From NCBI GenBank assembly GCA_021815445.1, contig JAKAGM010000001.1, forward strand, positions 595,710 through 659,709: a stretch of DNA of 64,000 bases, written 5' to 3'. The notes beneath the pieces were generated by a model. It saw only the letters and a program-made list of their open reading frames with translations, was not told where the DNA came from and searched no databases. Positions 1 to 12,101 of the stretch are shown here, piece after piece. The DNA comes from a bacterium (lineage in GTDB: Bacteria > Patescibacteriota > Patescibacteriia > UBA10025). Each line of letters begins with the position of its first letter. Position 1 is the first letter of the stretch. The position numbers and the translations under genes are program-made.

Positions 1-1548
1 AACCTCGGGGTAAATGATGCGGTAAAAGTCGGGCATGAGCGGATTGAGCGCCTGCTCGATAGTGATCTGCGTTGACTGCTCCACGAGGAGCGGCCAGGTT
101 TTGTCGTTGCCGTAGAGGATGAGGTCGAGCCCCGTCGCCGGGATGAGTTTGCCGCCTGGTTCTGAGAGGAAGGCTAAAGTAACGTCCCCTCCGAGTTCTT
201 TGGTTTGAGCCCGAGCGCACACCTCGATATTTTTGTACCCGCCGAGGTCGACCTGCATCTTGATGTAGGCGTTTTTCATCTCGGTGAGATAGTTGACCTG
301 GCTGAACCCCCCGAGGCATTTGAGACCGTAATAGAACGAGAGAACCATGAAGGTCAGGAGCATGCTCGGGATCAGTTCGCGGCGGGCTAGAGCCTGCCTG
401 ATGGCGTCGGGCGTCAGCTCGACGGAATAGAGTCCGTCGTCGGAAACAAGTTTGTTGCCCTGTTTCCAGAGCTGAACGCGATATTTCTTTCCCTGAGGCA
501 GGGCCCAAAAAAGGTAGGTCCCGTATTTGCTGTTGCGTGAAAATGCCCCCATGATGTCCTCAAAATATTGCGTCAACAGGGGCTCGTATCCGGGATCAAA
601 GATAGCTCTCGAGATGACGGTATCGGCGTCCAGGTGGTACTCGGTAATAAGCCGTGAGACAAGCCCTTCCTGCTCGAGATAGATGAGGTCGGGTATCTGC
701 GGATGCGCACCGTTGAAAAACTTCTTCCAGAGCACAAAGTTTGTTTTGGTTATCTGCTCTGAAAATGTCCGGCTCGAAAGCGCGTCGGTCGTGTTGTATA
801 TTCCATCCAAAAGCGCGTAAAGTTTTTCGCCCTCAGCATGTCCGACGTCGCCCGTCCGCACTTTTTCATTCAACGTCGAAACCACGCGTTTCATGTCTGC
901 TTCGGTATAGGCGGGGAAATTATAGACAGGGCACAGACGCGAACTGCATGACGAAAAAGCCAGACGGTGCATCTGCGATGTTCCTTTGGCGAAACTGTGA
1001 AAAAGCAGACCGCGGGGAAAAGAGGAGTTATTCAGTGACACGTTCGCGCACGCGAGAACGATGACATTATGGAGTACGGGATCGCGCTGTTCGACAAACG
1101 GGACTGACGAGAGAAGGTTTGCGTTGAGAAAGAAAGGATGGCTGAGCGGACCATGATGGTCTGTCGTCGACACAAAATAGTATTTGCGCAACTGCTCAGT
1201 GGCGCTGCGCGCCACGTCGTCCCCCAGGCGCTGGGCCACCTCATCACGGAAGACACGCAAAAATTCCTCTTGCCGCTCAAGGATAGGTTCATTCACGTTG
1301 ACCTGGGCGTACCCCCTCGCATAATCGTAGAGATTCTTTGAGCCGTGCTTGCGTACAATCTCGCGCAGAACGCGCCGTTTGTCAAAGACTTTTTCTCTCA
1401 GATCAAAAAAGCTTCCTTCAAGTGTAGGAAGATGGAATGGGAAACTCGAGCCTCGCGAGGCAACGACAGCAGTACCCAGTTGATTATGGTTTTTTGTCTT
1501 ATACGGTCCTTCCTTGGGAAATCCGGCCCGAACAGGCAGTGATGGCAT
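1..1548 (-). CDS. hypothetical protein, C-terminus runs off the window start (about 516 codons in window)
   Basis: Manual reverse-complement translation from ATG at 1548 (MPSLPVRAGFPKEGPYKTKNHNQLGTAVV...) reaches position 1 with no stop seen. It is missing from the supplied ORF track because it has no in-window stop. No family recognised. Confidence 0.5.
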   Translation of the reverse strand, partial: MPSLPVRAGFPKEGPYKTKNHNQLGTAVVASRGSSFPFHLPTLEGSFFDLREKVFDKRRVLREIVRKHGSKNLYDYARGYAQVNVNEPILERQEEFLRVFRDEVAQRLGDDVARSATEQLRKYYFVSTTDHHGPLSHPFFLNANLLSSVPFVEQRDPVLHNVIVLACANVSLNNSSFPRGLLFHSFAKGTSQMHRLAFSSCSSRLCPVYNFPAYTEADMKRVVSTLNEKVRTGDVGHAEGEKLYALLDGIYNTTDALSSRTFSEQITKTNFVLWKKFFNGAHPQIPDLIYLEQEGLVSRLITEYHLDADTVISRAIFDPGYEPLLTQYFEDIMGAFSRNSKYGTYLFWALPQGKKYRVQLWKQGNKLVSDDGLYSVELTPDAIRQALARRELIPSMLLTFMVLSFYYGLKCLGGFSQVNYLTEMKNAYIKMQVDLGGYKNIEVCARAQTKELGGDVTLAFLSEPGGKLIPATGLDLILYGNDKTWPLLVEQSTQITIEQALNPLMPDFYRIIYPEV

Positions 1549-1688
1549 ACGGATATTGCATCACATGGTACTGATTCCCGTGAAACTGTCAAGACCCACG
1601 AAAAAACGGTGCCCGATGCAGTCAGTTGATTGCTAGGCAAAGCATTGGTATACTATCGGAACTAAAGGTGCAGTAACAACTGCAGAGT

Positions 1689-1762
1689 CGGGGTGTGGCG
1701 CAGTTGGCTAGCGCGCATGCATGGGGTGCATGAGGTCGGGAGTTCAAGTCTCCCCACCCCGA
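1689..1762 (+). tRNA. tRNA-Pro (anticodon GGG)
   Basis: Cloverleaf resolved by hand: acceptor CGGGGTG/CACCCCG, D-arm GCGC-AGTTGGCTA-GCGC, anticodon arm CATGC-ATGGGGT-GCATG (U33, GGG, G37), 5-nt variable loop, T-arm GGGAG-TTCAAGT-CTCCC, discriminator A; 74 nt, CCA not encoded. Confidence 0.8.
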
Positions 1763-2024
1763 CTCTGCAAGAGGTTCAGGCATGCATGGGGGTCGAGTCC
1801 ACAAGCGAAGCAAACTGCTTTGCTTCGCGCGGGACGAGACGGGCTGAACGATATCTGGCGTAGCCAGATCGTGAAGCCCCGGAGCATGAGGCCGTGGGTT
1901 TCCCGCCAAAGGCGGATCCTGTCGAATGACGGGACAAGTCCCACTACCCCGAAAACAGACCCGCCTACGGCTATTGACAGTACTCTGGGACTCTAACAAA
2001 CTAGAAGTCTCAAAGTCTCATCCC

Positions 2025-3134
2025 ATGGACACACCAGCGCCTCAACCTACCTCAAAATCCTCATCAAGCACACTGATGTGGGTCATTTTGGCAATCATCC
2101 TCAGCCTCGCTGCAGTCGGAGTCTACTGGTGGTGGCGCACTCAAACTACAAATACCAATGTCGTCAATAACGCGAACATCACTGCAAACAACGTTGGCAA
2201 TACGAATACATCAGTCACAATCAGCGGACCAGCTAAGTATGAGAATAATGTTGTACCATTCACCCTTGACATTCCTTCAACCGCTATCGTTCGAGAGCAG
2301 CACGTCTCGTCAACCACGATCAATGGTATCGCATATCCGTCTTTTACCCTGTCACTTATTGATTCGCGGGTTTCAGGCGAACTTACCATCAGTAATCGTG
2401 ATACCGGTTTTGAGACTGAAATGGTCTTGTCGGAAAGTCACGGCTCTATTGATGGTCGCCCAGTGCGCACTGTGTTGTCTGAAGGCGTCGATGCCTTGGG
2501 CAATTCAACAACAATCAAGAGGTGGTTCTTCTCTCCTCTCAATTCTGGCACGAGGTTTGAGTCTCTATGGATAAGCTACCCCGTTGACTCTGTTGAACAG
2601 ACAGCTTACTTCGACAATGTCGTATCACGCATTAAGCTCATCCAAGACGTACTCACGAACGCTGCCACAAACTCTCCGTCAAACACGAATGCCGTGGATA
2701 CGAGTGGGTGGAAGACATACACGTCACAATCCTGGGGTCTATCGGTCAAATACCCAGCAGATGTAACTGTTATCGAATCCACTGACAAGACCGTCGTCGA
2801 GTTTCGAGGTCCACAGCAAGGATCGAACGGATTCTTGCCTCGCTGGTTCATAACGCATGGGTCCAACCAATTCTATAACCCGCCAGCAGACACGGATGTC
2901 CAATCTTGGATAAAAGGCAATACCGTGTACGACGAGCTTGGTGACTCCTATTCAGTCGCGCAGCTGCCCACAATGCATGTGATATCCAAGGCAAGCCCTC
3001 AGTCGAGTGGGGCTGATTTCTACTATGTCATAAACGGCACCAAACTCTTCGCAATTCAAGTACGGCATGAGGCGGTTCAAGACAACCAGCCTCTTGACCT
3101 TGCGTTTCTAGAACACATCGTGTTTAACGAGTAG
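2025..3134 (+). CDS. membrane-anchored hypothetical protein (single N-terminal TM helix)
   Basis: ORF 1926..3134; preferred start at Met 2025 (MDTPAPQ...) just before the hydrophobic segment LMWVILAIILSLAAVGVYWWW. No recognised domain. Confidence 0.55.
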   Translation: MDTPAPQPTSKSSSSTLMWVILAIILSLAAVGVYWWWRTQTTNTNVVNNANITANNVGNTNTSVTISGPAKYENNVVPFTLDIPSTAIVREQHVSSTTINGIAYPSFTLSLIDSRVSGELTISNRDTGFETEMVLSESHGSIDGRPVRTVLSEGVDALGNSTTIKRWFFSPLNSGTRFESLWISYPVDSVEQTAYFDNVVSRIKLIQDVLTNAATNSPSNTNAVDTSGWKTYTSQSWGLSVKYPADVTVIESTDKTVVEFRGPQQGSNGFLPRWFITHGSNQFYNPPADTDVQSWIKGNTVYDELGDSYSVAQLPTMHVISKASPQSSGADFYYVINGTKLFAIQVRHEAVQDNQPLDLAFLEHIVFNE

Positions 3135-3149
3135 GGCGTTGGTTCGGGG

Positions 3150-3219
3150 TCTCGGTCGCACATTTGACGTAGAAATACTCTTTCACGAAAAAGGTTCGAA
3201 CATCCTGGACTAGCCCCGA
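3150..3219. repeat. conserved intergenic repeat copy R1 (70 nt)
   Basis: tctcggtcgcacaTTTGACGTAGAAATACTCTTTCACGAAAAAGGTTCGAACatcctggactagccccga; about 96% identical to R2 and clearly related to R3. Contains the palindrome GTTCGAAC. Confidence 0.7.
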
Positions 3220-3366
3220 AAAAACCCTCCTGCGGCAATTGACTGGCTCAGCCTATTAAAAGAAAACGGCCCATCAACGGGTCGACGCGAGACGGCTGGA
3301 GAGCTAGTCGCGCCGAGCACCATATCAGGGCCGAGATTTTTGCCAAAGACTGGAGAGGGATGCTCT

Positions 3367-3684
3367 TTAGGACTTAAGCGCGTCGGCTACGAAGTCCCAG
3401 AGAATCGCGATGAACTTATCGCGAATGCGGTACACGCTACCTTCGCAGGAGAGTAGGTCCTCCTTGACCAGCTGATCGAGCACTGCGTGTTCTGCACCGG
3501 TAACCTCGTGCTCGCAAAGATTCACGTACTGCTCCCAGGAAAACTCGGGCCAGTTGTCGCCGGACTTACGCCCGATGACGATGATGTTGCAGGCGATAGT
3601 CTCCTTTTCGGACTTTTGGAGGAGACTTCCTCCAAGGCCACGCGAAATATCAATGTCGTTCGGCTTCACTTGCTCCTTAATCAT
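3367..3684 (-). CDS. hypothetical small protein (105 aa)
   Basis: Intact ORF with protein-like composition and a weak SD (AAAGG) upstream of ATG at 3684. No recognised domain. Confidence 0.5.
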   Translation of the reverse strand: MIKEQVKPNDIDISRGLGGSLLQKSEKETIACNIIVIGRKSGDNWPEFSWEQYVNLCEHEVTGAEHAVLDQLVKEDLLSCEGSVYRIRDKFIAILWDFVADALKS

Positions 3685-3902
3685 GAGAGTGCCTTTCGTT
3701 GGGGTTGCAAGATTGTTCTACCACTTCTCTGAGATAGCCACTGCACTGCATATGAACATCTCAAAGAAGTGGTGTGTAGGAGAGCATTGAAAAGAGCAGC
3801 TAGGAAAGTTACCACAGAACACAGCTTATGTCAAGCTCTTGAACAGATAGCCTCTTCCGGCAATTGACCATCCTTCGTAACCCACATTGGGCATCCCGGG
3901 AA

Positions 3903-3972
3903 TCTCGGTAGCGCATTTGACGTAGAAATACTCTTTCACGAAAAAGGTTCGAACTTCCTGGACTAGCCCCGA
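3903..3972. repeat. conserved intergenic repeat copy R2 (70 nt)
   Basis: Near-identical to R1 (2-3 mismatches over 70 nt). Same orientation as R1. Confidence 0.7.
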
Positions 3973-4007
3973 CAATATACCTGCCTCAGGCTAGTATCTG
4001 AGTATGC

Positions 4008-4040
4008 AAAAAAAGACACGCGTCGTTGGATTGACGCGTG
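4008..4040 (-). terminator. Rho-independent terminator for the 4063-4470 gene
   Basis: Perfect 8-bp stem CACGCGTC/GACGCGTG with 8-nt loop, followed on the minus strand by a T7 run (forward A-run 4008-4014). Confidence 0.65.
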
Positions 4041-4062
4041 GGTCTTAACTTTGACAAGGGGT

Positions 4063-4470
4063 CTAGGTCGCTTGGCGGCTACAACCATCGTCCTGGCGAT
4101 GTAATTCATCCCTCGTGTCCGCGAGAGCTCTTTCCAGCCCCATTCTCTGCGAGAATGAAAGCGGCTTCCACTGGCGCTTTGAAGGCTTGCCCCTCTTGGC
4201 CTCAGCTTTGGCTTGCTTCATGGCCACCGCAGTTTTCGCTGACGGCCTCGGACGCGGGTCTTGACCGTTCCAGTTTCGCAGGCTTCCGGGTTGAAGTGCG
4301 CACTCCTCCTCGATGGCTTCGGGCGTATGCTGTCCCAAGGGGCAGTCTTGCATGTGAACGAAGATTCTTGAGAGTTCCTTTGTCGTCAGATCTCCTCGCT
4401 CCCATTTATCGACCAATGCCTCGAACTCTACACACGACTGACATCGTCGGTGCTCCTCAGCTTTTCCCAT
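4063..4470 (-). CDS. small zinc-finger-like protein (135 aa), possible ZAS/anti-sigma-like H-x2-C-x2-C motif
   Basis: Strong RBS (AAAGGAGGctcaacATG) on the minus strand and its own terminator. The N-terminus reads HRRCQSCVEF...HMQDCPLGQH. Preferred over the overlapping plus-strand ORF 4038..4475. Confidence 0.5.
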   Translation of the reverse strand: MGKAEEHRRCQSCVEFEALVDKWERGDLTTKELSRIFVHMQDCPLGQHTPEAIEEECALQPGSLRNWNGQDPRPRPSAKTAVAMKQAKAEAKRGKPSKRQWKPLSFSQRMGLERALADTRDELHRQDDGCSRQAT

Positions 4471-4650
4471 GTTGAGCCTCCTTTAGCAGTCGTTGAAGTC
4501 TTTTTTAGGAACACCAACGACTGCTCAGGAGGCAATTTCTAAAGAACCAATGCTGGAGACTATCACGGATAACCGTATTTGTCAATAGGGTGTGGCCGCC
4601 TCAGCAGTTTGAAAATCCTCATAACCCACAGCCGAGAGGCCGGAAACTTT

Positions 4651-4712
4651 CTATCGCACACTTGACATAAAAATACTCTATGACGAAAGGTTCCGATATC
4701 CTGGGCCGGTGC
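4651..4712. repeat. diverged intergenic repeat copy R3
   Basis: tatcgcacacTTGACATAAAAATACTCTATGACGAAAGGTTCCGATATCCTGGgccgg; same orientation and shared core with R1/R2. Confidence 0.6.
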
Positions 4713-4718
4713 CTTCTA

Positions 4719-4749
4719 TAAAAAAGCCTGACAGGGGAACCTGTCAGGC
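4719..4749 (-). terminator. Rho-independent terminator for the 4787-4978 gene
   Basis: Perfect 10-bp stem GCCTGACAGG/CCTGTCAGGC with GGAA loop, then T-run on the minus strand (forward tataaaaaa). Confidence 0.65.
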
Positions 4750-4786
4750 GTTACGCTATAGAGCGAGTTGTGGAATGAACGACGGA

Positions 4787-4978
4787 CTACCGCGACCCCT
4801 CGGGCTGGAAGCCGCACTTCGAGCATGTCATACCGCCCAGGGTATTACCTTCGAATGCGTCATGAGCCACGATACCCTGCTGGAGAGTACCCTGCGGACA
4901 GCGCGGACACGGATCACCAGGGTGGTAGACCGTCGTGAGATCGGAATCAGGAACAGATTGTGCTTGTTGGGCACACAT
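4787..4978 (-). CDS. small zinc-ribbon protein (63 aa; CPRCP...CSKCG)
   Basis: Consensus SD (AGGAGGtttacATG) 7 nt upstream on the minus strand, two CxxC pairs, and its own downstream terminator. Confidence 0.45.
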   Translation of the reverse strand: MCAQQAQSVPDSDLTTVYHPGDPCPRCPQGTLQQGIVAHDAFEGNTLGGMTCSKCGFQPEGSR

Positions 4979-5060
4979 GTAAACCTCCTGAACTGGTTAA
5001 AAAGCGTGAATGGGCTGTTTTTTTCGGCTAGTTTACCTTTCGATAGACTCAGGGTTTAAC

Positions 5061-5085
5061 AAAAAACTAGCCGCTTCATGGCTAG
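5061..5085 (-). terminator. Rho-independent terminator
   Basis: Stem CTAGCC/GGCTAG with 7-nt loop, followed on the minus strand by TTTTTTG. Confidence 0.55.
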
Positions 5086-5112
5086 TCTGGAAACTCTTTT
5101 TGGGAAGTAATC

Positions 5113-5229
5113 TTACAAACCAGCCATCAAGCTGCTAGCGCCGATAATAATAATGCCAAGAATAAGCCCCAGGACGACGAGGGTGTAGATTCTTTCACTC
5201 TGATGAGCTATTGGTTTGCTCTGTTCCAT
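5113..5229 (-). CDS. possible 38-aa hydrophobic micropeptide
   Basis: MEQSKPIAHQSERIYTLVVLGLILGIIIIGASSLMAGL ends just upstream of the 5061-5085 terminator. No SD seen; speculative. Confidence 0.2.
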   Translation of the reverse strand: MEQSKPIAHQSERIYTLVVLGLILGIIIIGASSLMAGL

Positions 5230-5322
5230 AGACCGGTACTTGCAATGATAGCACAAATGCGGGATTTGTCAACCCTGTCAGTCGCGAGCGGCGGGGTCAA
5301 CCCCGCGCTGTTCTCCGCTGAC

Positions 5323-5934
5323 TTAGAACATTGCGTCCTCGTCAGCGCGCTTGTAGTCTTGTATTTCGTTGGCGTGAAACCACAGCTGTTCCTCGTATTT
5401 GGCTTCATCGACGGTCCCTGAGGCGTGAATCATGTTCTTTACTGTGCGTTTCTGCATGTTGGCGAGGATGGGAGAATCAATTGAGTAATCGCCGCGGATG
5501 GTACCCGGCTGGGCGAACCGGGGAAGCGTGTGGCCGACCATCATACGGACTGAGTCGACGGCATGCACGCCCTGCAGAAGGATGGCAACGACCGGCCCAG
5601 AGCTTAAGAAATCCATATTCCATTTACGGACCATGGTGCCTATTTCAAAGGCGTCCTTGGTCCCAAGCTCCTCTTTGGGATCCTTCCCGTATTCCATATA
5701 AGTTTTCATGGTCTTTTCGCCTATTGCCGAAAGGTACGCACGATCATCAGAGTAATGCTTGGCAATCAGGTCTGCTTCGACCCACACCATCTTAAGGCCT
5801 ACGATTTTAAGGCCTGATTTTTCAAACCGCGAAATAATCTCGCCGATTAATGCGCGACGAACAGTGTCGGGCTTCAAAAGCACTAAGGTGCGTTCCTTGG
5901 CGGGGTCTGCTGAAGCTGTTTTTTCTTTTTTCAT
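5323..5934 (-). CDS. ndk: nucleoside diphosphate kinase (long form)
   Basis: ERTLVLLKPD...RRALIGEIISRFEKSGLKIVGLKM and the active-site NxIHAS motif. Start chosen at the internal Met (MKKEKT); the ORF extends to 5994. Confidence 0.85.
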   Translation of the reverse strand: MKKEKTASADPAKERTLVLLKPDTVRRALIGEIISRFEKSGLKIVGLKMVWVEADLIAKHYSDDRAYLSAIGEKTMKTYMEYGKDPKEELGTKDAFEIGTMVRKWNMDFLSSGPVVAILLQGVHAVDSVRMMVGHTLPRFAQPGTIRGDYSIDSPILANMQKRTVKNMIHASGTVDEAKYEEQLWFHANEIQDYKRADEDAMF

Positions 5935-5938
5935 AGAA

Positions 5939-6334
5939 TTATGTTTTGTGGAGTAAGCTTTTAACTTTATTGACGACTTCGGCCGGAGTGACATCTGATT
6001 TTACGACATAATCGTTGGCGCCAAGGTCGCGCCCTTTCTTCACGTCCTCTTCTTGTCCGAGGTTGGTGAGAAGGATGACGGGAATATTTTTTGTGTCGGG
6101 AGACGCCTTCAGCTCCTTGAGCACCGCGAACCCGTCGAGCTTCGGGATAATGATGTCGAGAAGGATGAGCACGGGATGCGCTTTCCGCGCCGTTGCGAGT
6201 CCCTCTGCTCCGTCGGCGGCGGTAACGATAGAGAAGCCTTCTTTGGAGAATTTTGAGACATACATGTCCGAAAGCATTTTTTCGTCTTCAACAAGAAGTA
6301 CTTTTGGTTCCTGGGCAATTACTTGACCTGCCAT
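5939..6334 (-). CDS. receiver-only response regulator (CheY-like)
   Basis: KVLLVEDE...LLDIIIPKLDGF...LLTNLGQEED...GANDYVVK; paralogous to the 22226-22648 gene. Confidence 0.8.
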   Translation of the reverse strand: MAGQVIAQEPKVLLVEDEKMLSDMYVSKFSKEGFSIVTAADGAEGLATARKAHPVLILLDIIIPKLDGFAVLKELKASPDTKNIPVILLTNLGQEEDVKKGRDLGANDYVVKSDVTPAEVVNKVKSLLHKT

Positions 6335-6411
6335 AGGTGTTCAAAAAAATATTTTAGTACGTATAGCGTAACAAAAAAAACTTCCAGCGTCAACTGACAC
6401 TGAATCTGCAA

Positions 6412-7869
6412 TCAGGCAAGCGGCGCCATCCGAGTATGCCAGTCAGTCGCCTGCTCATACGCATGGGCGACCTTGAATAATGTTTTTTCGTCAAACGGTG
6501 CTGTCATGAATTGGAGTCCGACGGGAAGTCCGCGGACAAATCCGCAGGGCACCGATATTCCCGGGGCATCGGCAATGCTCGCGGGGGTGGTGAAAATATC
6601 CGAGAGATACATCGTGAGAGGGTCGCTGAACTTTTCACCGAGCGCGAATGCCACCGTAGGCGAGGTCGGTGCAACAAGGCAGTCGACTGTGTCGAACACC
6701 TTGGTAAATTCATGTTTTATCCTTGCACGGACTTTTTGCGCCTGAAGATAATACCGGTCAAAGTAGCCCTGGGACAGCGAAAAAGTGCCCAGGATAATCC
6801 TCCGTTTAACTTCTTCGCCGAGTTCATCGCCGCGAAGGCGCCTGTACGCCTCCCTAAATGTGGACGAACGGGGAAGTTTGGATCCGTATCGAACCCCGTC
6901 GTAGCGGGCCAGATTTGAGGATGCTTCGGAAACCACGGTAATGTAATATACAGCGAGTGAATACGGGGTAAGCGGCATATGCACCTCTTGAATCTTGGCA
7001 CCCAGTTTCTCAAGCTGTTTGAGCGCCTTGCGGACGGTTTTTTCGACTTCAGGGTCCATCCCTTCGATAAAATATTCCTTGGGCACGCCGATACGCATGC
7101 CGGTGATGTCCCCAAGTATTTCCTGAGGGATAAAGAGCTGTTTTTCAACCGTCGTTACATCGAGGGAGTCCCGGCCCGCCATAGCGAGAAACACGGCAGC
7201 AGCATCACCCACCGTTTTGGTCACTGGTCCGATTTGGTCGAGTGAGGACGACAGGGCGATCATGCCGTTGCGGGAAACTCGGCCGTATGTCGGTCTCATA
7301 CCGACGACGCCGCACAGGGACGCGGGCTGCCGTATGGATCCGCCTGTGTCGGTGCCGAGCGCCGCACAGGACATCGCGGTGGCGATAGCCGCTGCTGATC
7401 CGCCCGACGATCCGCCGGCTACCCGCGAGGGATCCCACGGATTCTTTGTAGCGCCGTACGCGGAGTTTTCGGTGGAGGCCCCCATGCCGAATTCGTCCAG
7501 GTTTGTCTTGCCGATGAAGAGGGCGCCCGCTGAGCGAAGCCTGTCAACCACCGTCGCATCATACGCACCTTTATAGGTATCGAGAATCTTGGAGCCCGCG
7601 GTTGTTCTGACGCCCTTCATGAGAATATTATCTTTGACGGCGATGACTGTCCCCAGAAGCGGGCCCGCATTTTCGCCGCTTGAAATTCGACTGTCGAGAG
7701 CGCGAGCCTGCTCAAGCGCTTCGTCAGCCATGACTGTCAAAAAAGCGTTCAATGAACCGTTGACGTCATGTACGCGTTTAAGGTATGCAGTCACTAACTC
7801 CACCGCAGAATATTGTTTTGCGATAAGCGACGATCTGATATCATCTACGTGGAGATTCTCAAGACGCAT
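6412..7869 (-). CDS. gatA: Glu/Asp-tRNA amidotransferase subunit A
   Basis: Amidase signature GGSSGGSAAAIA; full-length 485 aa. Confidence 0.9.
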   Translation of the reverse strand: MRLENLHVDDIRSSLIAKQYSAVELVTAYLKRVHDVNGSLNAFLTVMADEALEQARALDSRISSGENAGPLLGTVIAVKDNILMKGVRTTAGSKILDTYKGAYDATVVDRLRSAGALFIGKTNLDEFGMGASTENSAYGATKNPWDPSRVAGGSSGGSAAAIATAMSCAALGTDTGGSIRQPASLCGVVGMRPTYGRVSRNGMIALSSSLDQIGPVTKTVGDAAAVFLAMAGRDSLDVTTVEKQLFIPQEILGDITGMRIGVPKEYFIEGMDPEVEKTVRKALKQLEKLGAKIQEVHMPLTPYSLAVYYITVVSEASSNLARYDGVRYGSKLPRSSTFREAYRRLRGDELGEEVKRRIILGTFSLSQGYFDRYYLQAQKVRARIKHEFTKVFDTVDCLVAPTSPTVAFALGEKFSDPLTMYLSDIFTTPASIADAPGISVPCGFVRGLPVGLQFMTAPFDEKTLFKVAHAYEQATDWHTRMAPLA

Positions 7870-8152
7870 CTTTGACTGGCGGTACGCGGATAAGGCGATC
7901 TCGGACTTCGGGTGCGGCCTCGATCATTTTTTCCGCATCACCATAAGGCCTCACCTGATCTTTTTCAGTGACATCATGGAATTTCTCCAGGTGAAAATCG
8001 ACATGGTCGCCGGATGTGTCTATGTCCTGGATCTTTTTGACGTATTCGAGGACAGACGAAAGTTGCGATGAAAATTTTTCTTTTTCACCGGCTGTCAGGC
8101 GTATACCGGCAAGCCGTGAAAGATGGTCGATATCCTGTGATGTGAAACTCAT
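7859..8152 (-). CDS. gatC: Glu/Asp-tRNA amidotransferase subunit C
   Basis: IDHLSRLAGIRLTAGEKEKFSSQLSSVLEYVKKI. Overlaps the gatA start by 11 nt. Start placed at the internal Met (MSFTSQD). Confidence 0.8.
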   Translation of the reverse strand: MSFTSQDIDHLSRLAGIRLTAGEKEKFSSQLSSVLEYVKKIQDIDTSGDHVDFHLEKFHDVTEKDQVRPYGDAEKMIEAAPEVRDRLIRVPPVKDAS

Positions 8153-8481
8153 ACATTTGTAGTATAGCATTTTATAGTCCAAAGACGAACCTAAGGGCGG
8201 ACTTGACAAGCGGCACCATTCCAGGTATCCTCCCTTTTCGGACTATTGCTCATTGATCGTCTTTTTTCCAAGCCACCTCTCGTTTCCAACGAGAAAATGC
8301 GAAGTGTACTTGAAAAGAAGACGCATCTGGGGCCTTCGGCTCGTCCTGGCTTCCCTACAGCCATGGATATGCATGAATGAGTCGGAGGCTCCCCCTTATT
8401 TCTGGGACCTATCGGATATTCGTCGAATGCTTGTCCCCCCCGCAAGCGCAACGACGAAGAGGCCGGTGGTCCCTTTTTCTT

Positions 8482-12098
<3,617 letters not shown>

Positions 12099-12101
12099 AG
12101 G

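Noticed and set aside
1763-2024. Assignment of the hairpin-rich region as RNase P RNA, tmRNA or SRP RNA
   Set aside because: Only short partial motif resemblances (GGACAAGUCC, ACAGACCCGCC) with wrong spacing. No tRNA-like end or tag ORF for tmRNA. Left as unclassified.
4038-4475. 145-aa plus-strand ORF overlapping the minus-strand 135-aa gene
   Set aside because: The minus-strand frame has a consensus SD, a dedicated terminator and a zinc-finger-like motif. The plus-strand frame is Pro/Arg/Ala-rich with no RBS.
3150-4712. Interpretation of the repeats plus small genes as integron cassettes with attC sites
   Set aside because: No integrase, no RYYYAAC/GTTRRRY core pairs. Each gene has its own RBS and a perfect-stem terminator rather than an imperfect attC hairpin. 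The repeats are not positioned at cassette 3' ends consistently.
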